64,000 bases of DNA from an uncultured Gammaproteobacteria bacterium (lineage in GTDB: Bacteria > Cyanobacteriota > Vampirovibrionia > Gastranaerophilales > UBA9971): contig CAZLCO010000001.1 of assembly GCA_964558005.1 (NCBI GenBank), positions 62,362 through 126,361 of the forward strand, written 5' to 3'. How positions within the stretch are numbered: the stretch's first letter is position 1; each line of letters begins with the position of its first letter. The position numbers and the translations under genes were made by a program. The notes beneath the pieces were generated by a model. It searched no databases and was not told the origin of the DNA. It worked only from the letters and a program-made list of their open reading frames with translations. Below, piece by piece: positions 38,707 through 48,123 of the stretch.

Positions 38707-39216
38707 TTATTCAGCCGCAGTCGCAACAAATTGACGCTGAGCAAGTTCCCTGTCGAGCATAAACAAAGCACCCGGGGCATCTTTCATCAACTTCATTTTG
38801 TTTATGATTTCTGTTACGGTTGCTTCTTCTTCAACCTGTTCGGTCACGAACCAATGCAGGAATATATGAGTAGCGTAGTCTTTTTCTTCGTTAGAAATGC
38901 TTACAAGGTCATTAATTGACTTTGTTATAAATATTTCATGGCTCAGTACATCTTCAAAAGCAGTCAGCGGACTTTCCCACTCTGTCTGCGGCTTTTCAAT
39001 GGCTTCAAGGGCGACCCTGCCGCCTCTTTCGTTAATGAAATCATAAAATTTCTGAGCATGAGTAAGTTCTTCCTGTGCCTGAATATGCATCCAGTTAGCA
39101 AAACCTTGCAAATCTATAGATTGAAAATAAGCGCCCATTGACATATATAGATAGGCTGAAAAAAGTTCTTTATTAATCTGGCAATTCAGTTCTTTTTCTA
39201 ATCTCTGTTTAATCAT
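38707..39216 (-). CDS. ftn: non-heme ferritin
   Basis: The ferroxidase-centre pattern is present: ELFSAYLYMSM, QAQEELTHA and EQVEEE. ATG 39216 is preceded by AAGGAG embedded in the dfx 3' end. Confidence 0.88.
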   Translation of the reverse strand: MIKQRLEKELNCQINKELFSAYLYMSMGAYFQSIDLQGFANWMHIQAQEELTHAQKFYDFINERGGRVALEAIEKPQTEWESPLTAFEDVLSHEIFITKSINDLVSISNEEKDYATHIFLHWFVTEQVEEEATVTEIINKMKLMKDAPGALFMLDRELAQRQFVATAAE

Positions 39217-39218
39217 TG

Positions 39219-39599
39219 TTATTCTCCTTTCCAAAGCCCGTGTAAATTACAGTATGCCCTGACTGAGAATTTCTCTGGTTTTACCGGGAAAAAGGCCTCA
39301 GGCTTTTGTTCAGGTTGTAATTCTATCCTGCATACTTTGTTTTCTACGAGCAGTTCTATCCATTCAATATAATGTTCTTGTACCATAGGATGTTCCACAC
39401 TGCCAACCACCACTTTAATACCTTCCGGGGTAATTTCCGCTACGGGCACATGTTTTTCCTGTGCAGCGTCAACAGTATTTTCTTCCATATAATTCATATT
39501 TTGTCCACAGCATACAAGGTCACCGGCGCCAGCATTTAATACTTCAACAGTATTTCCGCAAACTTCGCACTTGTATACTCCTAGTTTTTTTGTGGCCAT
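39219..39599 (-). CDS. dfx: desulfoferrodoxin (2Fe superoxide reductase)
   Basis: The N-terminal desulforedoxin motif is YKCEVCGN...VCCG. The neelaredoxin-type domain has EKHVP and YCNLHGLW. Confidence 0.9.
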   Translation of the reverse strand: MATKKLGVYKCEVCGNTVEVLNAGAGDLVCCGQNMNYMEENTVDAAQEKHVPVAEITPEGIKVVVGSVEHPMVQEHYIEWIELLVENKVCRIELQPEQKPEAFFPVKPEKFSVRAYCNLHGLWKGE

Positions 39600-39705
39600 A
39601 GTTATCTCCTAACTTTACTAAAATACTTCAAGCTTTAATTATAGTTTAATTTAAGATTATTAGTTATTTATTTAAGATTTTCTTAAGAGTGCATAATACA
39701 AATTT

Positions 39706-40704
39706 TTAATACACTTTTTCTCTCAACTCCGTCGGCTTATAAATGCCCGTCTCTGTTATTATTCCGGTTATTACCTCCGCCGGGGTAACGTCAAAGCCCG
39801 GGTTGATTACATTTACTCCCACGGGGCAAATCAATTTCCCGTTTATGTAAGTAACTTCTTCATGGTCACGTTCTTCTATTTCAATTTCATCCCCGGTTTT
39901 AATATTCATATCAATCGTTGACCGCGGCGCTGCAACATAAAACGGTATGTTATGCGCCTTTGCCGCCAGTGCAACAGTATAAGTGCCAATTTTGTTGGCC
40001 GCATCGCCATTGGCAGCAATCCTGTCAGCGCCCACCACAACAACATCTATCATGCCTTTTTTCATAAAATACCCGCACATCCCGTCTGTTATAAGGGTAA
40101 CGGGAATGCCTTCGTTGACAAGTTCCCATGCGGTAAGGCGTGCACCCTGCTGGCGGGGCCGGGTCTCATCTGCAAACACTTTTATCGCAGGGTCTTTAGC
40201 ATAAGCTGAACGAATAACGCCCAGCGCTGTACCATACCCTGCAGTCGCCAGCGCCCCGGCGTTGCAATGAGTGAGGATTGTTGCGCCCTGTGGGACTATA
40301 CTTGCCCCGTTGTCGCCGATTTTTTTACAGCGGTCGATGTCGTCGTTCAGTATTTCCAATGCGTTTTCGACTAGTTTATCAAACAAATCATCATTTAATG
40401 TTCTTGCGTATTCAATCTGTTTATCCACCGCCCACATTAAATTCACCGCTGTAGGCCGCTGGGATTTTAGATACTCGCCGATTTTTTCCAGCTCCTTTAT
40501 GTCTTTTGCTTCCCTTGCGCCGAGCGCAACCCCGAAAGCTCCCGCAACCCCGATTGCCGGTGCGCCCCGGACTATCATGTTTTTGATAGCCAGTGCCATT
40601 TCTTTATAGTCATTTATGAGGACAGTTGCATAATCATATGGCAGTCTTGTCTGATCTATCATACGTACGCTTTCGCCCGTCCAGTCTATTGGTTTTATTG
40701 TCAT
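39706..40704 (-). CDS. mtnA: S-methyl-5-thioribose-1-phosphate isomerase
   Basis: Motifs VRGAPAIGV, RPTAVNL, THCNAG and VVVGADRIAANGD are present. Confidence 0.85.
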   Translation of the reverse strand: MTIKPIDWTGESVRMIDQTRLPYDYATVLINDYKEMALAIKNMIVRGAPAIGVAGAFGVALGAREAKDIKELEKIGEYLKSQRPTAVNLMWAVDKQIEYARTLNDDLFDKLVENALEILNDDIDRCKKIGDNGASIVPQGATILTHCNAGALATAGYGTALGVIRSAYAKDPAIKVFADETRPRQQGARLTAWELVNEGIPVTLITDGMCGYFMKKGMIDVVVVGADRIAANGDAANKIGTYTVALAAKAHNIPFYVAAPRSTIDMNIKTGDEIEIEERDHEEVTYINGKLICPVGVNVINPGFDVTPAEVITGIITETGIYKPTELREKVY

Positions 40705-42026
40705 TTCTCCCCTCTTTCTCTTGTTATAATTCTTATCGGTGTGCCGAAGAACCCGAACGCCTGCCGCAGTTTGTTTTCTATGTATCTTTCATATGCCTGG
40801 CTGAACAGCTTTTTATCATTAATGAATAATATAAACGTAGGCGGTGCAACCCCTACCTGCGTAGAATAATATATCTTAAGCGGTCTGCCTTTTTTTGAAG
40901 GGACAGGGTTCAATGAATAAGCCTCGTTAATTACACTGTTTAAAAGGCTGGTAGCGATTTTTTTGTTTGCATAGTCGTGCGCTTCTTCAACATACTGGTA
41001 AATTTTGCTAATCCGCTGGCCGGTCTTTGCGCTTATGAACAGTATAGGCGCAAAATCAAGGTGCGGCGCGTCATTCATGATTTTTTTAGTAAACTCATTG
41101 ATTGTATATGTGGTCTTGTTTTCCACTAAATCCCACTTGTTGACTAGTAAAACAACTGCCCTGCCCTCTTCTATGATACGCTGGCCAATTTTTTTGTCCT
41201 GGTCAGTTACGCCGTCCTCCGCATCAATCAACAATAACGCCACATTACATTCCCTTATTGCTTTGAAAGCACGGGTCACAGAAAACTTTTCCACTCCATA
41301 CTCGACTTTTGCTTTTTTTCTGATTCCCGCTGTATCTATTATTGTGTAGTCCTTGCCGTCCACTTTAAGGTGCACATCAATCGCATCACGTGTTGTACCG
41401 GATACTTCGCTTACTATAACCCTTTCTTCGCCGAGCATTTTATTTACCAGCGAGGATTTCCCGACATTAGGACGTCCGACCACAGCTATTTTAATAGGCT
41501 TTTCGCCCTCTTCTTCCTTGTATTCCGGTAGTTTTAGTACAACATCATCCAGTAAATCGCCAACCCCTCCAGTGCCATGCATTGCAGAAACAGCATAAGG
41601 ATCACCAATTCCGAGGGAATAAAATTCATTAATCAATGGGGCTTTATCAGGCGTGTCTATTTTATTAACAGCCATAAAAATCGGCTTTTTTATTCTCCTG
41701 AGCATATTGGCAATGTCCTCGTCAACAGAAGTAACGCCCTCAGAGCCGTCAACAAGTAAAATAATTACGTCTGCCTGTTCTGAGGCTGTTTCCACCTGGG
41801 ATGCAATAGATAGCATTATCTCGTCTTCCATCCCCGGCACAATGCCGCCCGTGTCTATTACAGTAAAAGATTTGCCCGACCAGTCAACATCAAAATACAG
41901 CCTGTCCCTTGTAACACCCGGCATATCATCGACGATCGATTCACGGGAGCCTATAAGCCTGTTTACAAAGGTCGACTTGCCTACATTTGGCCGGCCTACT
42001 ATAGCTACTACGGGTTTTTTGCTCAT
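40701..42026 (-). CDS. der: ribosome biogenesis GTPase Der (EngA)
   Basis: It has two tandem GTPase domains, each with GRPNVGKS, followed by a KH-like C-terminus. Confidence 0.95.
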   Translation of the reverse strand: MSKKPVVAIVGRPNVGKSTFVNRLIGSRESIVDDMPGVTRDRLYFDVDWSGKSFTVIDTGGIVPGMEDEIMLSIASQVETASEQADVIILLVDGSEGVTSVDEDIANMLRRIKKPIFMAVNKIDTPDKAPLINEFYSLGIGDPYAVSAMHGTGGVGDLLDDVVLKLPEYKEEEGEKPIKIAVVGRPNVGKSSLVNKMLGEERVIVSEVSGTTRDAIDVHLKVDGKDYTIIDTAGIRKKAKVEYGVEKFSVTRAFKAIRECNVALLLIDAEDGVTDQDKKIGQRIIEEGRAVVLLVNKWDLVENKTTYTINEFTKKIMNDAPHLDFAPILFISAKTGQRISKIYQYVEEAHDYANKKIATSLLNSVINEAYSLNPVPSKKGRPLKIYYSTQVGVAPPTFILFINDKKLFSQAYERYIENKLRQAFGFFGTPIRIITRERGEK

Positions 42027-42031
42027 TTTTT

Positions 42032-43426
42032 TTATATATCTCTTATCTCGTGGAAACAGTCCTGAGCAAAATTATCTGTCATTCCCGCAATATAATCAAC
42101 TACCGCCTGTTTATACTGTTCAGGTTTTTTAAGGTTATAAACCGGCTGTATTTCGCTGAATTTTCTTTCTTTTCTTTTTTCAGGGTCTATTTTCGAATAT
42201 TTTATGAGCCAGTCTTCAAAATAACCGCACAGCTGAGGATATTTTTTCTTGTCCTTAAGTTGCCTTATATTCCTGAGAGTCCCCTGCTCGGCGTTATCCT
42301 TATCATATAAGTCTGACAGCGTGTCAAAAAGTGTTTCTATTACCAGCACCTGATAATCTTCCTGGGCTTTTTTACGGTGAGATCCGGTTTTATTTGCTTT
42401 ATAAATATTTTCATAATTAAACTTCATTGCTTTTTTCATCAGTTCAAACTTTTTATCAGAAAGCTTTATTCCTTCTTCAGGCGAACTATTTTCAATTATA
42501 TCCTTAACAAAAGTGCCTATTAGTGTTGTATTGTTAGCTCCCGGCAGTTCACGCTCAAGTTTTTCTCGGGACAATTCACCTATCTTTAGCGCATCTTCTA
42601 TGTCCCTGCCAAGATAAGCAATTTTATCAGCAATTTTTACTACACACCCTTCCCAGGTATATGGCTGGGTTTGCCCCGGATTTTTAATTTCATACAAGTC
42701 TATAGCTTCATCCCGCGGCTTTATCCCGTTCTGGTTAACTTCGCCGCAGTGGGAAATTATGCCGTCTCTTACAGCATAAGTTAAATTAAGAGTCTGGTGT
42801 TCTCCATCCGGGTTTAAAAGTGTTTCAAATTTATCAATAAACCTCAGGCTGTTTTGTTCGTGCCAGAAACGTTCGATGCCATGCTGTTTTGCCAAGTCAT
42901 TCAGCGTATGTTCGCCGTTGTGTCCGAATGGCGCATGTCCCACATCATGTCCAAGAGCTATAGCCCTTGCAAGCTCAGAATTAAGTCCAAGGGCATTACA
43001 TATATCCTCGCTGATTGATGCAACAAGCTGGACATGGTCACTCCTCTTACATACATGGGGGTCTTTGGGTGACATCCATACCTGTGTTTTTCTGCCAAGC
43101 CTATTATAGCCTTCGCTGTTGGTTATTCTATCCCTATCTCTTTTAAATTCTGACCTTATTTCGTTATTATGCTGGTATATATTAAATACTCTTGAAATTG
43201 CCTGTTCCCATTTTTGACTGCCTTCTACTGTTGCTGCATTACTGAACTTTTTCGGGACAATTTCATTTATTCCGGCAAAAGCAATGGCCTTTAAAGCATT
43301 AACAGCATTTAACGAAACAACATTTGAACCGGAATAAGGATGTGCCTCTTGTGAGTTCTTATTTTTATTAATATCTTTTTTGATCGAGGTATTCCCGTAA
43401 TTATTTGTTTGTATATTATTTATCAT
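42032..43426 (-). CDS. dGTPase-like HD-domain triphosphohydrolase with N/S/T-rich N-terminal extension
   Basis: Motifs FKRDRDRI, RSDHVQLV, GHDVGHAPFGHNGE and the C-terminal YIAGMTDNFA are typical of the dgt-like family. About 80 extra N-terminal residues are present. Confidence 0.8.
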   Translation of the reverse strand: MINNIQTNNYGNTSIKKDINKNKNSQEAHPYSGSNVVSLNAVNALKAIAFAGINEIVPKKFSNAATVEGSQKWEQAISRVFNIYQHNNEIRSEFKRDRDRITNSEGYNRLGRKTQVWMSPKDPHVCKRSDHVQLVASISEDICNALGLNSELARAIALGHDVGHAPFGHNGEHTLNDLAKQHGIERFWHEQNSLRFIDKFETLLNPDGEHQTLNLTYAVRDGIISHCGEVNQNGIKPRDEAIDLYEIKNPGQTQPYTWEGCVVKIADKIAYLGRDIEDALKIGELSREKLERELPGANNTTLIGTFVKDIIENSSPEEGIKLSDKKFELMKKAMKFNYENIYKANKTGSHRKKAQEDYQVLVIETLFDTLSDLYDKDNAEQGTLRNIRQLKDKKKYPQLCGYFEDWLIKYSKIDPEKRKERKFSEIQPVYNLKKPEQYKQAVVDYIAGMTDNFAQDCFHEIRDI

Positions 43427-43535
43427 ATATTTTTCTTAACTAAATTTTTCTATATATATACAAAATCCTCTGAAAAAAAAATTTGACACCACATTAAAAA
43501 TTAACTTTTACCGCATTTATGTGTAAAATTTAATT

Positions 43536-44552
43536 ATGCCGGAAATGAGAATGAATCCAATAACGGGTGAATGGACAATAATAGCTACAGAAAGAGCTAA
43601 ACGTCCTCTGGCCCCGACAATGGAAGAAGAAGAAATCGAATACAGCGGGGATGCGCATGACCCTGATTGCTTTTTCTGCTACGGAAACGAGCATACCACA
43701 CCGCCTGAAGTTCTATGCTATAGAGAAAAACCCGGCGCTCCAAATAGTCCGGGCTGGACATTAAGGGTAGTGCCCAATAAGTTTTCCGCCCTTAACATGA
43801 ACGGCGAATTTAGCGTTGAAAACAACGGCTCCCTTCAGTATTCAAGTTATGCAAGGGGAAAGGCAGAAGTAATTATTGAGTCGCCCCACCATTCCATGAA
43901 CCCGGCATTATTCCCGCATGCCCAGATAGAAGTTATATTAAGGGCATATAAAGAAAGATATATAGCTTTAAGTAAAGACCCGCAAATTAAATACATTGCC
44001 ATGTTCAGGAATAACGGCAGTCCTGCCGGAGCGAGCCTTTCCCACCCGCACAGCCAGATTATAGCAACCCCAGTTGTGCCTCCTGTTATAGAGCAGGAAA
44101 TGGACGGGGCAAAAAAATATTTTGAGGAAAACAAACGCTGTGTTTATTGCGATATGGTTGAGACCGAGCTGAAAGAAAAGTCCAGAATTATATATGAAAA
44201 TGATGACTTCATTTCGTTTGCGCCCTACGCTTCCAGGTCACCCTTTGAAACCTGGGTAATGCCGAAGTTTCATGCCTGCTCTTATAACGATTTAAAAGAT
44301 AAACAGCTCAAAAGCCTTGCGGATCTGTGGAGAAAAGTGCTTTACAAGATTTATAAAGGGCTTGATAACCCGCCTTATAACTATTTTATCCATACTGCAC
44401 CTGTTTACGAAAAAGGCGAAGAATTTTACCACTGGCATATGGAATTAATCCCCAAAATGACAATAGCCGCCGGGTTTGAACTCGGCACCGGAATGTCCAT
44501 CAACATTGCCCTGCCCGAACACAGCGCAGAGTTTTTGCGTGGAATTATTTAA
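43536..44552 (+). CDS. galT: galactose-1-phosphate uridylyltransferase-like HIT-family nucleotidyltransferase
   Basis: Motifs CFFC, VVPNKF and the HxHxQ active site SHPHSQI are present. Specificity (UDP-hexose versus ADP-glucose phosphorylase) was not determined. Confidence 0.75.
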   Translation: MPEMRMNPITGEWTIIATERAKRPLAPTMEEEEIEYSGDAHDPDCFFCYGNEHTTPPEVLCYREKPGAPNSPGWTLRVVPNKFSALNMNGEFSVENNGSLQYSSYARGKAEVIIESPHHSMNPALFPHAQIEVILRAYKERYIALSKDPQIKYIAMFRNNGSPAGASLSHPHSQIIATPVVPPVIEQEMDGAKKYFEENKRCVYCDMVETELKEKSRIIYENDDFISFAPYASRSPFETWVMPKFHACSYNDLKDKQLKSLADLWRKVLYKIYKGLDNPPYNYFIHTAPVYEKGEEFYHWHMELIPKMTIAAGFELGTGMSINIALPEHSAEFLRGII

Positions 44553-44561
44553 TTTGGAGTT

Positions 44562-44873
44562 TTAGCCGCCTATCACAGCGTGTTTTAACTTATATTTGCG
44601 CTGTTTTTTCAGGCTTTCCAGCATAGCATCACGAATCAGCATACCAAGTTCATTCATGATCATTGCACAACTTAAATCCTTATCTTTTTCATTTAATGCG
44701 GCAAGAGCCTCCTGATATTGCTCATCAGTGCACCCGCCGCCGGAGTAAATACTTGCCAGCTGACTTGCTGCATTAATTAAAGCAAGTTTATTCATCGAAT
44801 TTCTTTGCCAGCTGTATTCATTTGTACTTAAAGCACGACTTGAAGCTATTATTCCAGCTTGATTTGTTATCAT
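44562..44873 (-). CDS. small helical hypothetical protein, paralog A
   Basis: 103 aa. It aligns by eye with paralog B: NSMNKLALINAASQLA / NAMKKISLLNNSEQLA and LNEKDKDLSCAMIMNELGMLIRDAMLESLKK / LNEADKDLNAGLIMGDLMRNIMNSIEESSKK. Confidence 0.6.
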   Translation of the reverse strand: MITNQAGIIASSRALSTNEYSWQRNSMNKLALINAASQLASIYSGGGCTDEQYQEALAALNEKDKDLSCAMIMNELGMLIRDAMLESLKKQRKYKLKHAVIGG

Positions 44874-44959
44874 ATAAAATTACCTTTTGCTATTACCCTA
44901 TATATATAAAGTATAAAAAAAGGATATTTTTTTAAATTTAAAATTATTTTTTACATTTC

Positions 44960-45286
44960 TTAAAACGTAAAACTCTTCCTTATATTCTCCATCGCCATTT
45001 TTTTGGAAGATTCCTCGATGGAATTCATAATATTGCGCATTAAATCTCCCATAATAAGCCCTGCGTTGAGGTCCTTGTCCGCTTCGTTCAACTGTGCAAG
45101 TCCACTGATGAAAGCTTCCGGGTTGTGTCGGTCTTTCTGGAAAATATTGTCAGCGTAATTGGCGGCGAGCTGCTCGGAATTATTAAGCAGGCTGATTTTT
45201 TTCATTGCATTTGACTGAATGCCAAGCTCGGCGTTGCTGCCGATACGACCGGAAGAAAAATATCCGACCATGGATGGGATGCACAT
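44960..45286 (-). CDS. small helical hypothetical protein, paralog B
   Basis: 108 aa and a clear paralog of 44562-44873. It has its own AT-rich upstream spacer. Confidence 0.6.
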   Translation of the reverse strand: MCIPSMVGYFSSGRIGSNAELGIQSNAMKKISLLNNSEQLAANYADNIFQKDRHNPEAFISGLAQLNEADKDLNAGLIMGDLMRNIMNSIEESSKKMAMENIRKSFTF

Positions 45287-45365
45287 GATTTCACCTGTGA
45301 ATAATTGTTGTTATATATCTATAAACAACCACAGGGGACGGGTTTTGTTATTTAAAATATTAAAT

Positions 45366-45635
45366 TTATGCTAAGAATTCCTTTTTGCCTTCCCGCTCTT
45401 TTCTGGCAAGCCGTTCTTCTTCCCTAGCCATAGCTATGTCATACATCAATTCAGCAATATTTTTTTTGGACATTAAATCATTTTCGCTCTGGTGAGCCGT
45501 GGATACCGGAACATCTCCAGAAACCGCCCCGTTCATGTTTGCCATTATTTGGCTTGGAATATTTGATAAAGCATAAGTACTGTCTGAAAACCTCTGTGCA
45601 TTCTCTAATCTGTTGTAAAAATTTATAAAACCCAT
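45366..45635 (-). CDS. small hypothetical protein, possibly distant member of the same family
   Basis: 89 aa with the same orientation and spacing. It shows only weak similarity (SENDLMSKKNIAELMYDIAMA). Confidence 0.45.
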   Translation of the reverse strand: MGFINFYNRLENAQRFSDSTYALSNIPSQIMANMNGAVSGDVPVSTAHQSENDLMSKKNIAELMYDIAMAREEERLARKEREGKKEFLA

Positions 45636-45800
45636 TTCATTACCATAAAATTCTCTACCCTGTATATTAATAAAAACACCTTTCCCCGATTAATTGCTTG
45701 AAATTTATGTAACTTTGCTTTACATGCTGGTGTTTGTAGTATTATTTGGTTATCCTATTGATGGATTCGTATAAGTATTTTTGTTTATAGGAGATTTTCT

Positions 45801-47951
45801 ATGGTTATGACAGAAGAACCCAGGGTTCAGGAAGAGTCGAAAGATTCTTCAGCTAAACCCAAAGAACGTTGCGGTTGTGCCGGCATGGAATATATCGGTG
45901 TTGGCGTAATCCTTGTTGCTCTTGCGATAGCTGTATCAGTGTTCAAGTTCAACATACTCGCAGCGGAAAACCTTATCTATTCCTCGCTTACAGCAGGAAT
46001 ATTATCACTTGTATTTGCCGGTTTCCTTGTTGGGAAAATCGCAAAAGCAGAGCCGGGCAACGAAAGGATGATGGAAATATCAAAACACATCCAGACCGGC
46101 GCTATGGCGTTTTTAAAGCGTGAATACAGCGTATTGTCAGTATTTGTGCTAGCTGTATTCCTTTCATTAGGCTTTTTTCTTCCTGAAAATAGCTGGCAAA
46201 CCGCCGTCTGCTTTATCACAGGCAGTATCTGCTCCGCAATTGCGGGATTTGTGGGCATGACTGTTTCCACAAGGGCAAATGTTAAAACAGCACAGGCTGC
46301 CACAAAATCACTTAACGGCGCACTGAGAATCGCTTTCTCAGGCGGCACCGTAATGGGTATGGTCGTTGTAGGTCTTGGCCTTACAGGTTTATCAGTACTT
46401 TATATGATATTTGGCGACCCTAATATCGTTAACGGATTTGCATTGGGCGGCAGTTCAATCGCTCTGTTCGCTCGTGTGGGCGGCGGTATCTACACAAAAG
46501 CCGCTGACGTTGGCGCTGACCTTGTGGGTAAAGTTGAATCAGGCATTCCTGAAGATGACCCGAGAAACCCTGCTGTTATCGCTGACAACGTAGGCGACAA
46601 CGTAGGCGACGTAGCTGGTATGGGCGCTGACCTCTTTGAATCATACGTTGGATCAATTATTGCGGCTATGACAATCGGTGCTGTATCCTTCACAGAAGGC
46701 AATGCGGTCCTTTTACCATTGGTTATAGCTTCAATAGGAATACTTTCCTCTATTTTAGGAACAGCTTTTGTTAGGACAGATGAAAAGGCAAACCCAATGA
46801 CAGCCTTAAACTGGGGCACTTTTGCTTCAGGTGCTATTATGATAGCCGGTTCATATTTTGCTGTACAATACTTTATGCCGCAGGACCCAATGGTTTTCGG
46901 TGCACCAAGCCTTTTCTGGGCATTATTATTCGGCCTGGTGGCTGGTATAGCTATCGGTCTGATAACTCAATACTACACAGCAGCAGAATACAACCCTGTT
47001 AAGAATATTGCGCAATCCTCAATAACAGGCGCAGCAACAAACATTATCGCAGGGCTGGGAGTTGGTATGATATCAACATTCTTCCCGATAATCGCAATCT
47101 GTATCGCTGTTGTAATCGCCTATATGGCTGGCGGCACATACGGAGTGGCTCTTTCAGCTATCGGTATGCTGGCAACGGCCGGTATAATTATTGCGGTTGA
47201 CGCATACGGCCCAATCGCCGACAACGCAGGCGGAATCGCCGAAATGTCACACCTCCCGCCGGAAGTAAGGGAAAAAACAGACAAACTCGATTCAGTAGGA
47301 AACACAACAGCCGCTATAGGCAAAGGTTTCGCTATCGGTTCAGCCGCTCTTACAGCTTTAGCCTTATTAACAGCATACTCACAGGTTGTAGGGCTCGAAG
47401 GCATAAATATCCTTAACCCGAACGTGGCTGTAGGACTGCTATTCGGCGCTTCATTACCGTTTGTGTTCTGCGCACTCACAATGGGCGCAGTGGGCAAAGC
47501 GGCCAGCGAAATGGTTGAAGAAGTAAGAAGGCAGTTCAGAGAAATCGCCGGCATTATGGAAGAGCAGGCACAGCCTGACTATGCAAGATGTGTGGACATT
47601 AGCACAACCTCGGCTATCAGGGAAATGATTCTTCCTGGCTTAATCGCAGTTGCTTCCCCTGTGGCTTTTGGTCTTTTCTTAGGCCCTGAGGCACTTGGCG
47701 GAATGTTATTCGGCGCAATCGCATCAGGCGTTTGCCTCGCAATTATGCTCGCAAATAGCGGCGGAGCCTGGGATAACGCTAAAAAATACATCGAAGCCGG
47801 CAACCTTGGCGGTAAAGGCAGTCCTGCGCACGCAGCAGCTGTTACCGGCGACACTGTTGGCGATCCTTGTAAAGACACATCAGGACCGTCATTGAACATC
47901 CTTCTCAAGTTAATGGCGATTGTGTCACTGGTATTTGCTCCTATATTCTAA
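45801..47951 (+). CDS. hppA: membrane-bound K+/Na+/H+-translocating pyrophosphatase
   Basis: Motifs GGGIYTKAADVGADLVGKVE, DNVGDNVGD and GDTVGDPCKDTSGPSLNIL are present. It has about 16 TM helices. Confidence 0.95.
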   Translation: MVMTEEPRVQEESKDSSAKPKERCGCAGMEYIGVGVILVALAIAVSVFKFNILAAENLIYSSLTAGILSLVFAGFLVGKIAKAEPGNERMMEISKHIQTGAMAFLKREYSVLSVFVLAVFLSLGFFLPENSWQTAVCFITGSICSAIAGFVGMTVSTRANVKTAQAATKSLNGALRIAFSGGTVMGMVVVGLGLTGLSVLYMIFGDPNIVNGFALGGSSIALFARVGGGIYTKAADVGADLVGKVESGIPEDDPRNPAVIADNVGDNVGDVAGMGADLFESYVGSIIAAMTIGAVSFTEGNAVLLPLVIASIGILSSILGTAFVRTDEKANPMTALNWGTFASGAIMIAGSYFAVQYFMPQDPMVFGAPSLFWALLFGLVAGIAIGLITQYYTAAEYNPVKNIAQSSITGAATNIIAGLGVGMISTFFPIIAICIAVVIAYMAGGTYGVALSAIGMLATAGIIIAVDAYGPIADNAGGIAEMSHLPPEVREKTDKLDSVGNTTAAIGKGFAIGSAALTALALLTAYSQVVGLEGINILNPNVAVGLLFGASLPFVFCALTMGAVGKAASEMVEEVRRQFREIAGIMEEQAQPDYARCVDISTTSAIREMILPGLIAVASPVAFGLFLGPEALGGMLFGAIASGVCLAIMLANSGGAWDNAKKYIEAGNLGGKGSPAHAAAVTGDTVGDPCKDTSGPSLNILLKLMAIVSLVFAPIF

Positions 47952-47973
47952 GGGCGAAAAAAATAAAAATAAA

Positions 47974-48005
47974 AACCCTATTTCTTAACGGAAATAGGGT
48001 TTTGT
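47974..48005 (+). terminator. rho-independent terminator after hppA
   Basis: aaccctatttc-ttaacg-gaaatagggtt forms a stem-loop followed by tttg. Confidence 0.75.
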
Positions 48006-48123
48006 TATAAGCCAATATCATTTATTTTAATGATAGTACCAATTAAAAAACCTTGTATAATTAAAAAGAGCTATTATTGTCAAATAAAACCCCTTTCTTT
48101 TGCGGGAAAGTTAATACTCGGCT

